A DNA stretch of 64,000 nt from positions 1 through 64,000 of the forward strand of contig CAWJSR010000058.1 in NCBI GenBank assembly GCA_963845515.1, written 5' to 3'. Of the stretch, positions 9,416 to 18,372 are shown in pieces. How positions within the stretch are numbered: position 1 is the first letter of the stretch; the number at the start of each line of letters is the position of its first letter. Source of the stretch: an uncultured delta proteobacterium (GTDB lineage: Bacteria > Myxococcota > Myxococcia > Myxococcales > Anaeromyxobacteraceae). Position numbers and translations under genes: made by a program. Under the pieces are notes generated by a model, which saw only the letters and a list, made by a program, of their open reading frames with translations, ran no database searches and had not been told where the DNA came from.

Positions 9416-10756
9416 TCACGCCGGCTCATCGTTCGCCGGCGGGGCCTCCATGCTCGCCAGCAGGGAGTAGAGCCGCCTGCGCGTGACGCCGAGGAGTCGG
9501 GCGGCGTGGGTCTTGTTCCCACCTGCGCGCTCCAACGCCGCGAGGATCAGCTCGCGCTCGAACGCGTCGAGGCTGAACCCTTCGCCGAGGAGGTCGCTGG
9601 CGCGGCGGCCGCGCTGGGGGGCGCTCCCCACTGTCACGTGACCCTGCAGGATCTCACCGTCTCCGGCCAGGATGAGGGCGCGCTCGAGGGCGTTCTCCAG
9701 CTCGCGGACGTTGCCCGGCCACGCGTGCGCGAGCAGGCGATCTCGCGCGCCGGCCGACAGCTTCTCCGGGGGGAGCCCCCGCGCGGCGAGGAAGCGCTCC
9801 GCGAGCGGCAGGACGTCCTCCGGCCGATCCCGCAGCGGCGGGACGACGATGCTGAAGACGTTGAGGCGGTACAGGAAGTCCTCCCGGAACCTCCCGTCCT
9901 TCACCGCCTCCGCCAGGTCGCGGTGGGTGGCCGCCACCACCCGCGTGTCCACGGACCGCTCGGCCGTGGACCCGAGCGGGACGAAGCGCCGCTCCTGGAG
10001 GAAGCGGAGCAGCTTCACCTGCGTGGCAGGGCTGATCTCGCCGATCTCGTCCAGGAAGAGCGTCCCGCCGTCCGCCGCGGCGAGGTGGCCCTGCTTGCGC
10101 TGCGTCGCCCCGGTGAACGCCCCCTTCTCGTGGCCGAAGAGCTCCCCCTCGAGCAGCGTCTCGGGGAGCGCCGCGCAGTGGACCTCGACGATCGGCGCGG
10201 CGGCGCGACGGCTCGTGTAATGGATGAAGCGGGCGAGCCGGCTCTTGCCCGTGCCGCTCTCGCCGAGGAGCAGCACCGTCGCGTCGGAGGCGGCCACCTG
10301 GCGAGCCGACGCCAGCGCCCCCTTCATGGCCTCGCTCTCGGCGCAGAGGTCGGGGACGAGCCGCGCGAGCAGCCGCTCGCTGCGACTCTCGGCGGCGCGC
10401 TGTCCGGCGAGCCTCCGGACCCGCATCCGCAGCTCGTCCATCGAGAACGGCTTGGTGACGTAGTCGGCGGCCCCTGCCCGCATCGCCTCGACCGCGCTCT
10501 CGGCGGTGCCGAAGGCGGTCATCAGGATCACCTCCGGCGGGGCGGGGAGTGCGCGCGCCGCCTTCAGCACCGCGATGCCGTCCACCTCCGGCATGCGCAG
10601 GTCGGTGACCACGACGTCGAACCGCTCGGCCGCGAGCCGGACCAGCGCCTCGCGTCCTCCGCCGGCGCGCACCACCTCGTGGCCATCGAGCTCGAGCATC
10701 TCGGCGGACAGCTTCCCAAGGCGGGGCTCGTCATCGACCACCAACACGCGTGCCAT
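9416..10756 (-). CDS. Sigma54-dependent response regulator (NtrC family)
   Basis: REC domain (VVDDE, TDLRMP), GESGTGKS, GAFTGA, LFLDEIGE, WPGNVREL, Fis-type HTH. Confidence 0.95.
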   Translation of the reverse strand: MARVLVVDDEPRLGKLSAEMLELDGHEVVRAGGGREALVRLAAERFDVVVTDLRMPEVDGIAVLKAARALPAPPEVILMTAFGTAESAVEAMRAGAADYVTKPFSMDELRMRVRRLAGQRAAESRSERLLARLVPDLCAESEAMKGALASARQVAASDATVLLLGESGTGKSRLARFIHYTSRRAAAPIVEVHCAALPETLLEGELFGHEKGAFTGATQRKQGHLAAADGGTLFLDEIGEISPATQVKLLRFLQERRFVPLGSTAERSVDTRVVAATHRDLAEAVKDGRFREDFLYRLNVFSIVVPPLRDRPEDVLPLAERFLAARGLPPEKLSAGARDRLLAHAWPGNVRELENALERALILAGDGEILQGHVTVGSAPQRGRRASDLLGEGFSLDAFERELILAALERAGGNKTHAARLLGVTRRRLYSLLASMEAPPANDEPA

Positions 10757-10765
10757 TCACCGATC

Positions 10766-12022
10766 CTAGCCGCTCGCGAGCGGGAGGCGGAGCTCGAAGC
10801 GCGCGCCGCGCTCGCTCGGGAGGTTGACGAGCGCGCCGCCCTGCCGCTCGACGATCCGGCGCGAGATGGCGAGCCCCAGCCCCGTGCCGCTCGTCCGCCC
10901 GGTGACGAAGGGATCGAAGAGCCGGTCGCGCAGCGCGGGATCCACGCCGGGGCCGTCGTCCTGCAGCGTCAGGCAGGCCGCACCCCTCGCCGCCCTCGCG
11001 ACGAGCTCCACCGACGTGGCGCCGGCCTCCGCAGCGTTGACGAGGAGGTTGGCGAGCACCTGCCGCAGGCGCCCCGGGTCGACGAGCGCGCGCACCGCGG
11101 GGACGTCGAGCCGCACCTGCACGGAGGGGTGGGTCCGCGAGAGGGCGCGCGCCGCGTCGGCCGCCAGCTCCGCCAGGTCGACCGGCACCGCCTCCAGGCG
11201 GGGCTCGCGCGCGAGGTCGAGGAAGTCCTCCGTCATGCGCCGCAGCCGCTCCACCTCTCCGAGCACGTCGTCGAGGGCGGCCCGGTCGCGCTCCCCCAGC
11301 AGCGGCCCGCTGCGCGCGGCCACCAGCTCCGCCGCGCTGCGGATGGTGCCGATGGGGTTCCGGATCTCGTGCGCCACCATGGCGGCCATGCGGGCGAGCG
11401 CGTCGCCCCGGGCCGCCCGCTCGGCGTCGAGCCGGCGGAGCGCCTCCACGCGCGTCCACCGCAGCGCCGCGAGCGCCAGCGCGACCGCGCCGACGAGCGA
11501 GAGGGTCACGCCCACGACCAGCGCCCGCTTGAGCGTCCCGCGCGCGGCCGCGAAGGGCTGCCCCGCCTCCAGCGCGAGGACCGCGCGGACCGAGCCGTCG
11601 GCGGCCCGGACCGGGAAGCAGGCGGTCGCGATCCGGACTTCACCAAGCTGCCAGCCGAAGGCCACCGACTGCCGCCCGGCGAAGGCCTCGCGGACCCGGA
11701 GCGGGTCGACGCGGAGCAGGTCCGCGCGGCCACCCGCGCCCCCGGTCGCGTCGGCGAGGATGCGCAGATCGGGTCCCACGACGAACGCCCCCTCCAGCCC
11801 GTTCGCCGCCATCACGGATCGGAGCAGCGGTCCGTCGGGCTCGCCGCGCCCCAGGAGCCCTGCGGCGGTCTCGCCCGCTCCTCGCAGCCGCTCCTCGAGG
11901 ACGCGGTCGAGGGCGTCCCCCGCTGCGCGGTGGAGGTAGAGCGTGGCGCCGAGCGAGCCGGCCAGCCCGAGCAGCGCGGCGAGCGCGGGGGCCGCCACGC
12001 GCGGGAGGCTGGACCGGATCAT
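10766..12022 (-). CDS. Membrane sensor histidine kinase
   Basis: Two TM segments, AHEIRNP H-box, NLLVNA, DDGPG, GTGLGLAI; ATGA overlap with the upstream gene. Confidence 0.92.
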   Translation of the reverse strand: MIRSSLPRVAAPALAALLGLAGSLGATLYLHRAAGDALDRVLEERLRGAGETAAGLLGRGEPDGPLLRSVMAANGLEGAFVVGPDLRILADATGGAGGRADLLRVDPLRVREAFAGRQSVAFGWQLGEVRIATACFPVRAADGSVRAVLALEAGQPFAAARGTLKRALVVGVTLSLVGAVALALAALRWTRVEALRRLDAERAARGDALARMAAMVAHEIRNPIGTIRSAAELVAARSGPLLGERDRAALDDVLGEVERLRRMTEDFLDLAREPRLEAVPVDLAELAADAARALSRTHPSVQVRLDVPAVRALVDPGRLRQVLANLLVNAAEAGATSVELVARAARGAACLTLQDDGPGVDPALRDRLFDPFVTGRTSGTGLGLAISRRIVERQGGALVNLPSERGARFELRLPLASG

Positions 12023-13443
12023 GGCGTCATCATGAGCCCTATCGCCGCGCTCGGGACCACCTTGTCGTAGTCGAACGGATCGTAGTTCGAGTTGGACCAC
12101 CGGCCCAGGAGCGAGAAGCGCAGGGTCGTGCGGGGGCCGAGATCCCACTCGAGCGCGGCGGCGCCGTCCACGACCTGCTCGGTCAGCCGAAGGCTGGCGC
12201 CGGTGGGGACGACGGCGTAGCCGGAGTATCGACGGCTGGTGAAGCCGCCTTCGACGGCAAGCCGCGTCCTCGGCCCGAGCACGACCCGGACGTCTGCTCG
12301 CGGTCCGTGCTCCTTCCAGGACAGGGCCAGCGCCTCGGCGTCGTCGCGTCCCCAGCCCCAGCCGAGCCCGAGCCTGGCGCGTGCGCCGAGCGCCACGGTG
12401 GCCCGCCCGTCGCCGTGCTGCGCCCAGCCGGAGAAGGAGGACCAGGAGGTCCCATAGTCCTCCCTGCGCCCCCACCACGCACCGGAGAGCCCCACCGTGC
12501 CCAGCGCGACCGCGCCGGACGCGAGCAGGCGGTGGGTCTGGAGGTACGCGTCACCGCCCAGCGTCCGGTCCGCGAAGGAGTACTCGGCAGTGACCCCGGT
12601 GCCGCCCCTCCACCGTCGCCAGCCAGCCGCTGCCTCCCAGGAGGTGAAGTCGTAGGCGTCGAGCCTCGCGAACTGCTGGAGGGCGCCGGCGCCGCGGACG
12701 AAGGGGCCGTTGGCGCCGAACGGGCGCCCGAGCGCCACCGCCGACAGCCCGGCGACCGCGTCGCCGTTGGAGGCCATGCCCTTGCCGCCGGTCGGTGCGA
12801 GGCTCACGTTCGAGTCCCAGCCTCCGTCGAGCCGGAGCGAGAGCAGCAGCGGCGCGTCCCATCGCGCGGAGCGGGACAGGTCCGCGGCGATCGTCGCCAG
12901 GGAGGGGTTCCCGGCGGCGGCATCGAAGAGCGACGCCGCCTCCAGCGCCGAGCCGCCACGCAGGGCGAGGAGCCCGAGGTAGAGCCGCGCGGTGTCGCGG
13001 TGCTCGGGGTCCGCCTCGGCCTCCCGCAGGAGCCGCGCCGCCTCGGCGTCCTCGCCGAGCTCGTACCGGCTGATCCCCTCGAGGAGCGCCGCGTCGGCGC
13101 CGGGGCGGGCGCGGCGGGCCGAGCGGAGGAGCTGCGCCGCCTCACCGTACCGGTCGGCGTCCATGAGCCGGATCGCGGCGTCGACGGGATCGCCCTTCGC
13201 CCCCTTCGCAGCGCCCACCTTGCACAGGGCAGCGAGCGCGTCCGGGGCGGCGCGATCAGCCGGGTCCAGGGCCGCGGCCTTCTGCCAGGCGGCGGCGGCC
13301 GTGTCGCTGGCGCCTGCCGCCTGCTCGGCCTCCGCGACCGCGCGGTACTCCGAGGCGGCAGCCGGATCCGGCGATGGCGCGGGGACCACCGGCGCGCAGG
13401 GGTCCACCGCCGTGAGGAGCAGCGTCAGGAGCTCCTGGATCAC
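12019..13443 (-). CDS. TPR-containing protein with C-terminal outer-membrane beta-barrel
   Basis: N-terminal Ala-rich TPR-like helices, then GGWDSNV and alternating aromatic beta-strands. Confidence 0.7.
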   Translation of the reverse strand: MIQELLTLLLTAVDPCAPVVPAPSPDPAAASEYRAVAEAEQAAGASDTAAAAWQKAAALDPADRAAPDALAALCKVGAAKGAKGDPVDAAIRLMDADRYGEAAQLLRSARRARPGADAALLEGISRYELGEDAEAARLLREAEADPEHRDTARLYLGLLALRGGSALEAASLFDAAAGNPSLATIAADLSRSARWDAPLLLSLRLDGGWDSNVSLAPTGGKGMASNGDAVAGLSAVALGRPFGANGPFVRGAGALQQFARLDAYDFTSWEAAAGWRRWRGGTGVTAEYSFADRTLGGDAYLQTHRLLASGAVALGTVGLSGAWWGRREDYGTSWSSFSGWAQHGDGRATVALGARARLGLGWGWGRDDAEALALSWKEHGPRADVRVVLGPRTRLAVEGGFTSRRYSGYAVVPTGASLRLTEQVVDGAAALEWDLGPRTTLRFSLLGRWSNSNYDPFDYDKVVPSAAIGLMMTP

Positions 13444-14030
13444 CGCTTGCTCCCCTTGCCGTCCGCGGCTGCGGCCCTGGCGTCGACCTCATCGGCGGCG
13501 CTGCCGCGCCTGGCGGCGACCGCGTTCGCCTCGCGGCAGTACGCCCCTGCTAGCGCCGTGCGACCGACCCGCTTCTCGTCGGCGCAGCGGCCGCGGTACC
13601 AATCCACCGTGGACTGCGAGGGCTGGCGCCGCAGCTCGCTGGCGATCGTCGCGCGGAGCCGCGCCGCCTGGTCGGCCACCCTGGGCCCGGAGCGATCACC
13701 GATCCCGCCCAGCAGCTTGTCGGCGCAGCCGTAGAGCCGCGCACCCCAGCACGCGAGCGCGCGGTAGTAGTCGATGAGTGCGTCCGGCCCTGGCGCGTCG
13801 CCGCCCCCGAAGAGCTCGACGGCCTCCTCGTAGCGCCCGAGCTTCACGAGGGACGAGGCGACGTACGGGTCGGTGCCCTGCGCGCCGAGCCTGGAGGCGA
13901 CGCGGAACTCGACCAGCGCCTCGTCGAAGCGACCCTCGCGAAAGCGCTGCGCGCCGGCGAGCAGGTGCTCGTCGGCGCCAGCGCTGGATGGAGCTGCTGC
14001 CAGGAACAACGCCAGCGCGTGTGCGATCAA
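13440..14030 (-). CDS. Secreted TPR-like protein
   Basis: Signal peptide; FREGRFDEALVEF and LGRYEEAVELF repeats; four Cys. Confidence 0.7.
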   Translation of the reverse strand: MIAHALALFLAAAPSSAGADEHLLAGAQRFREGRFDEALVEFRVASRLGAQGTDPYVASSLVKLGRYEEAVELFGGGDAPGPDALIDYYRALACWGARLYGCADKLLGGIGDRSGPRVADQAARLRATIASELRRQPSQSTVDWYRGRCADEKRVGRTALAGAYCREANAVAARRGSAADEVDARAAAADGKGSKR

Positions 14031-14042
14031 GGATGCCTCGCC

Positions 14043-14666
14043 CTACTTCGTCATCATCCCGCCGCCGCCCATTCCGCCCGTCCCGCCCGGTCCGCTCATG
14101 CCGCCGGTGCGGGTGGTCTCGGCCGCCTGGGTGCAGTCGCCCGCGCCCGGCCCCGAGCCAGACATCCCGCCGCCGTGCCCACCAGCGGCGCCGCGGTGCA
14201 TCGCCTGCGCCTCGCCGGACTGCTCGCGCGCCGTCCTGCGCTCGGCGTGGCGCATCGCCGCCCGCTCGGTCTCCATCCTGCGGGCCTGCGCGGCGTGCTG
14301 ATCCGCCGCCTTCTCCGCGGTCCCCTCGCCGGGGAGCGCGGCGTGGTCGGCCGGCATGCCGGCCTGCTCGGCGAGCGCCGCGTGGAGCTGCTCGCGAACC
14401 TGCGTGCGGGGCTGCTCGGGGACCTGGTCGCGCGCCATCGCGCGGACCTGCTCGCCGATGCCGGTGGCCCCCTCGCCCTTCGTCTGCTCGCGGGCCAGCT
14501 CCTTCACCTGCGTCCCGAGCCCTGCGGCGTGGTCGCCGAGCATGTCGCGGGCCTGGGTCTTCGTCTCCGGCTGATCGCTGGTCCGGGGCTGGTCCTGGTC
14601 GTCGGCCAGCCCGGGGGATGCGATGAGCAGCCCGGCGGCGAGCGCGATGGAGAGAGTCTTCGTCAT
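14043..14666 (-). CDS. Secreted low-complexity Gln/Ala/Met/His/Gly-rich protein
   Basis: GAGGTG RBS; signal peptide MTKTLSIALAAGLLIASPGLA; QVxxxARxQ repeats; Gly/Met tail. Confidence 0.75.
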   Translation of the reverse strand: MTKTLSIALAAGLLIASPGLADDQDQPRTSDQPETKTQARDMLGDHAAGLGTQVKELAREQTKGEGATGIGEQVRAMARDQVPEQPRTQVREQLHAALAEQAGMPADHAALPGEGTAEKAADQHAAQARRMETERAAMRHAERRTAREQSGEAQAMHRGAAGGHGGGMSGSGPGAGDCTQAAETTRTGGMSGPGGTGGMGGGGMMTK

Positions 14667-14714
14667 GTTCATCACCTCTGGAAGTCGCCGCGACATGCGG
14701 CTCGCCTCTGGTAG

Positions 14715-14730
14715 AGCAACCCGCGTGCCC
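14715..14730 (-). promoter_or_regulatory. Sigma54 (-24/-12) promoter
   Basis: Minus strand GGGCACGCGGGTTGCT = GG-N10-GC, close to TGGCACG-N4-TTGCW, about 50 nt upstream of the 14666 start. Confidence 0.8.
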
Positions 14731-14782
14731 GCTCGAACGGGACCCATTATCGGGGACTTGCGGCCGCGCCACCTCCCCCGGT

Positions 14783-14818
14783 GTACCGAACGGAACGGGG
14801 GGCCGTACCGGCTGGTAC
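14783..14818. promoter_or_regulatory. Tandem palindromic enhancer-like sites GTACC-N4-GG(T/A)AC
   Basis: GTACCGAACGGAAC (14783-14796) and GTACCGGCTGGTAC (14805-14818), 22 bp apart, upstream of the sigma54 promoter. Confidence 0.55.
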
Positions 14819-14853
14819 AGGCCCCCCGTCCGGTGCAAGTGCGCGCTGCGCCG

Positions 14854-15459
14854 TCACTCTTCGATGGTGAGCCCCCCGAACCGGAGCCGCAGGAGCGCGA
14901 CGTTCCCGGCATCGTCCACGCGCAGGTCCACGAGCATGCGGGTCTGCATCGCCGCCTCGCGCTCCTGCCACGGGAGCTCGCTCACCCGCTTCCACTCCGC
15001 TGCCATCGCCGCCTCGAGCTGCCTGGCCTTCCCCTCGGGGAGGTAGAAGCGCCCGGCGCTCTCGATCGACGCGCGCATCCACGGGAGCAGCTCGGGCGGG
15101 GCCGGGTCGACCCGAGCCCCTCCTCGCCAGCGCGCCCGCAGGATCGCCCGCCCCGGCGACGGCGGCGGTGGCTCGCGACCGATCGAGGCGGGCGTCCAGG
15201 CCGGCACCCCCTCCTCGACGACGACGTAGACGAGCTCGCCGTCCCGGAGCGACGGGTCGACCTTGCCGGCGACCGGCCGCTCGACCTCGTACGCGAGCGT
15301 CATGTAGTAGCCGCCGAAGGGGCTGAACGGGTCGACCGGCGCGGTCCGGAGCGTGATCTCCCGCCCGCGCGCGCGGGCGAGCACCTGGCGCGCGGGGATC
15401 GCCGCGAGGATGGCCAGCTGGACCGCGATCACCGCGGCGAGCCGCAGGCGCCTATCCAT
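14854..15459 (-). CDS. GDYXXLXY-domain membrane-anchored protein
   Basis: ITLRTAPVDP...GYYMTLAY, RFYLPEGKA; usual partner of DUF2157. Confidence 0.8.
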   Translation of the reverse strand: MDRRLRLAAVIAVQLAILAAIPARQVLARARGREITLRTAPVDPFSPFGGYYMTLAYEVERPVAGKVDPSLRDGELVYVVVEEGVPAWTPASIGREPPPPSPGRAILRARWRGGARVDPAPPELLPWMRASIESAGRFYLPEGKARQLEAAMAAEWKRVSELPWQEREAAMQTRMLVDLRVDDAGNVALLRLRFGGLTIEE

Positions 15460-16753
15460 TGCCCACCTCCGCGCTCCGGTGGAGCCGCTTCTCGAAGGCC
15501 ATGGCCGCCACGGTGATGCCGGCGCCGCAGGCGATGAAGGCCGCCCCCTTGAGCCAGAGCAGGTGCTCGATCTCGAAGAAGCGCGAGACGATCAGGACGG
15601 CGAGGACCAGGACCCCCTCCCAGAACGGCGCCCGCTGCAGCGAGGAGAGGCCGCGGACGACGCGCCCCAGCCCGAGGTAGGCGAGCGCGAGGTTGGCGAC
15701 GATGACCGCGCCGCGCCCCGATTCGATCGAGAGCCCCGCGTAGAGCGCCGGCAGCGAGACCACGAGGAGCATGGCCTCGCCTCGCGCGAGCGCGTCGACC
15801 CTCTCGCGCTTCAGCCCCGCGACGAGCAGCGCGCCGGCGACGAGCGCGATCGGCACGACCGCCAGCAGGAACGCGCGCGAGCCGCCGTGCTCGATCCGCG
15901 CCTCCCGCGCCATGTCGCTGAAGGAGAGGACCCAGGCGAAGAAGAGGAAGGTGAGCCGGCCGCCGACGCGTCCCGCGCCGGCGAGCCGCGCCTCGTCCTC
16001 GCTGCGCGCCGCGAGCGGGAGGGCCGCGAGGGCGGCGCCCACCGAGAGCGGCGCGAGGGCGGCGTGCGCCCACGAGAATCGCACGATCGACGCGGCGAAG
16101 AGCGACGCGGCGAGCCCGCCCGCGGTGACGAGGAGCAGCGACCGGGAGCGCTCGCGCCAAGCGAGGCCGAAGAAGACGGCCGCGACGGTGTACGCGGCCA
16201 CCGCGCCGCGGACCGCGTGGTCGTCCGCGTAGCCGACCCCCCAGAGCGCGAGCGCGGAGAAGGAGGCGATGAGGAGCGTCGGGAGCGAGTCGAGCAGCAC
16301 GCCCGCGACGAGCGCGCCGAGGGCGAGGCCGCCGAAGCCGCCGTACCAGGTGGCGCTCACGTGGAAGATCTGGGCGACGAGCGCGATGTTGGCGCCGAAG
16401 ACGAGGGTCCCGAGGACCTGGAGGGCGTGGCCCAGCCGCTCGTGCCTCCCGCCGTCGCGGAGCCGCCAGCCAGCGGCGTGGGCGGCGAGCATGGCGACGA
16501 GGATCACCGCGAGCCGCGCCGCCTTCCCCATCTCGTCCCAGTTCCAGGCGACGAGGGAGACGACTCCCCCTCCGACGAGGAGCGCCCCCAGGACGTAGAC
16601 GGCGAGGATGCTCGGGCCGCCGATCTCGGGCTTCGACAGGCCGTAGCGCGCGGCGAGCGTCGCCGCCGCGGCTTCGGTCACCAGCTTCTCGTCCTTCCAG
16701 CGCGGCAGCTCGCGCCGTAGCCCTTCGCGGAATCCGCGTGAGACCTGATTCAT
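15452..16753 (-). CDS. DUF2157-domain membrane protein
   Basis: LGALLVGGGVVSLVAWNW, FGANIALVAQIFH; many TM helices. Confidence 0.85.
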   Translation of the reverse strand: MNQVSRGFREGLRRELPRWKDEKLVTEAAAATLAARYGLSKPEIGGPSILAVYVLGALLVGGGVVSLVAWNWDEMGKAARLAVILVAMLAAHAAGWRLRDGGRHERLGHALQVLGTLVFGANIALVAQIFHVSATWYGGFGGLALGALVAGVLLDSLPTLLIASFSALALWGVGYADDHAVRGAVAAYTVAAVFFGLAWRERSRSLLLVTAGGLAASLFAASIVRFSWAHAALAPLSVGAALAALPLAARSEDEARLAGAGRVGGRLTFLFFAWVLSFSDMAREARIEHGGSRAFLLAVVPIALVAGALLVAGLKRERVDALARGEAMLLVVSLPALYAGLSIESGRGAVIVANLALAYLGLGRVVRGLSSLQRAPFWEGVLVLAVLIVSRFFEIEHLLWLKGAAFIACGAGITVAAMAFEKRLHRSAEVGNG

Positions 16754-16831
16754 GCTTCCTCCCAGGGGCGAGCTTATCACCGCGCCCCAAGGGGGACCGG
16801 GCTGCGGAGCGCTGCGACGAAGGGCCGCGGT

Positions 16832-17560
16832 TTACACGTTGTAAACGCGTCCCTGGATCAGCGGCTCTATCGCGACGTTCTCCGGCGCGAACTCGTCGGA
16901 GAAGTGGATGAGCCTCATCTTCCTCCGGAGCGGCTCGGGCAGCGTGGCGAGCTTCCCGTAGGAGGTGTGGATGCCGCCGCCGGTCTCGTGCAGCACGAGG
17001 TCCGCGGGGGCGAGCCACTCGATCAGCGCGGGGTCGAACGGCGTATCCGAGGAGATCGCGAGCGTCCGCCCGCCCGCGGTGACACGCAGGGCGTACGTGG
17101 GGACGTGGTGACGGGTCTTCCGGCAGGCGAGCTCGAAGGGGCCGATCCTGACGGGGTGCGCGTCGTCGAGGAGCGTCAGGTCGAAGTAGTCCGCGAGGGC
17201 CTGCGGCTTCGCCTGGTCGTTCTCGTCCATGCCGGGGGCGAGCCCCTCCCAGAGCCGCTCCGCCACCCTCGGGTGGGCGGCGAGCATCGGCCGCTTGTCC
17301 AGGATGTAGCGGCCGTAGAAGCCGAGCCCCTCCACACCGGACGAGTGATCCGAGTGCAGGTGGGTCAGCACCACCGCGTCGAAGCTGGCCAGGTCGAGCG
17401 GCGCCCCCGCTGGGGAGCCCTCCCTCAGCACCTTGCGGATCGGGTGCGGGCAGTCGACGAGGAGCCACCGCCCCTCCGCCTGGATCGCCACGCACGACGT
17501 GTAATGGCGGGCCGAGAAGGCGTCGCCGACTCCGAGCGGAATGAAGGACAGACCCACCAA
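16832..17560 (-). CDS. Metallo-beta-lactamase-fold hydrolase (RNase Z/phosphodiesterase-like)
   Basis: LGVGDAFS, THLHSDH, SSDT, LHE, LIHF motifs. Confidence 0.88.
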   Translation of the reverse strand: MVGLSFIPLGVGDAFSARHYTSCVAIQAEGRWLLVDCPHPIRKVLREGSPAGAPLDLASFDAVVLTHLHSDHSSGVEGLGFYGRYILDKRPMLAAHPRVAERLWEGLAPGMDENDQAKPQALADYFDLTLLDDAHPVRIGPFELACRKTRHHVPTYALRVTAGGRTLAISSDTPFDPALIEWLAPADLVLHETGGGIHTSYGKLATLPEPLRRKMRLIHFSDEFAPENVAIEPLIQGRVYNV

Positions 17561-17742
17561 CTCGCCGCCTTCCCCGTCGCCCGGAATGGCGACGACACCT
17601 TCGACTTCTACCTCGAACCGGCGCGCCGTGCAGTTAATCGGCGTGGACGCCCACGCCCACCATCACGCACCGCGCCCCACCTCGCGAGGGACGCCGCGCG
17701 ACTTCGCGCAGCCCGCCGACGATGGTACTAGGCAGGCCACCG

Positions 17743-18351
17743 ATGCGATCGACCTGCCAGCGCTGCCTCAGACCGGACGAATTCTGCGTCTGCCGGGAGC
17801 TGGCTGCAGTGACGGCGCGCACGCGCGTGGTGATCATCCAGCATCCGCGCGAGGCGCGGCTCGCCATCTGCTCGGCCTGGCTCGCGCGCATCTCACTCGT
17901 GAACGCGGAGCTCCACCGCGGCGTCCGCTTCGACGAAGGCTCGGAGGTCCGCGCGCTCGCCGCGCGCCCGGGCGCCGCCGTCCTCTTCCCCGGAGAGGGG
18001 TCGACCCCTGCCGAGGAGCTCGCTGCCTCCCCGCCCGCGATCCTCTTCGCGGTGGACGGGACGTGGCAGCAGGCGGGGAAGATGCTCGCCGTGAACCCCT
18101 GGCTGGGTGCGCTGCCCCGCGTCTCGATAGACGCGGGGCGCCCGAGCGGCTACGCGGGGCTCCGCAAGGAGCCGGGCGAGATCCACCTCTCGACCATCGA
18201 GGCGATCGCCCTCACGCTCGGCGCGCTGGAGCGGGACCCGGCGCGCTTCGATCCGATGGTGAAGGCCTTCCACAGGATGGTGGCGCTGCAGCTCGCCTGC
18301 TCGAAGGGGGAGCGGAGGACGCCGCGGCACAGGACGTACGTGGGGCGGTAG
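17743..18351 (+). CDS. DTW-domain tRNA-uridine aminocarboxypropyltransferase (TapT/YfiP-like)
   Basis: CxxC...CxC, QHPRE, LFP, VDGTW, LSTIEA. Confidence 0.88.
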   Translation: MRSTCQRCLRPDEFCVCRELAAVTARTRVVIIQHPREARLAICSAWLARISLVNAELHRGVRFDEGSEVRALAARPGAAVLFPGEGSTPAEELAASPPAILFAVDGTWQQAGKMLAVNPWLGALPRVSIDAGRPSGYAGLRKEPGEIHLSTIEAIALTLGALERDPARFDPMVKAFHRMVALQLACSKGERRTPRHRTYVGR

Positions 18352-18372
18352 GTCGCCGCGGCGCGAGCGCGC

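Noticed and set aside
9506..12070. Long antisense or alternate-frame ORFs (e.g. 9506-12070, 20574-23201, 33039-35768, 39016-41316, 51626-55006)
   Set aside because: Shadow ORFs of high-GC coding regions, with no motifs and overlapping well-supported genes
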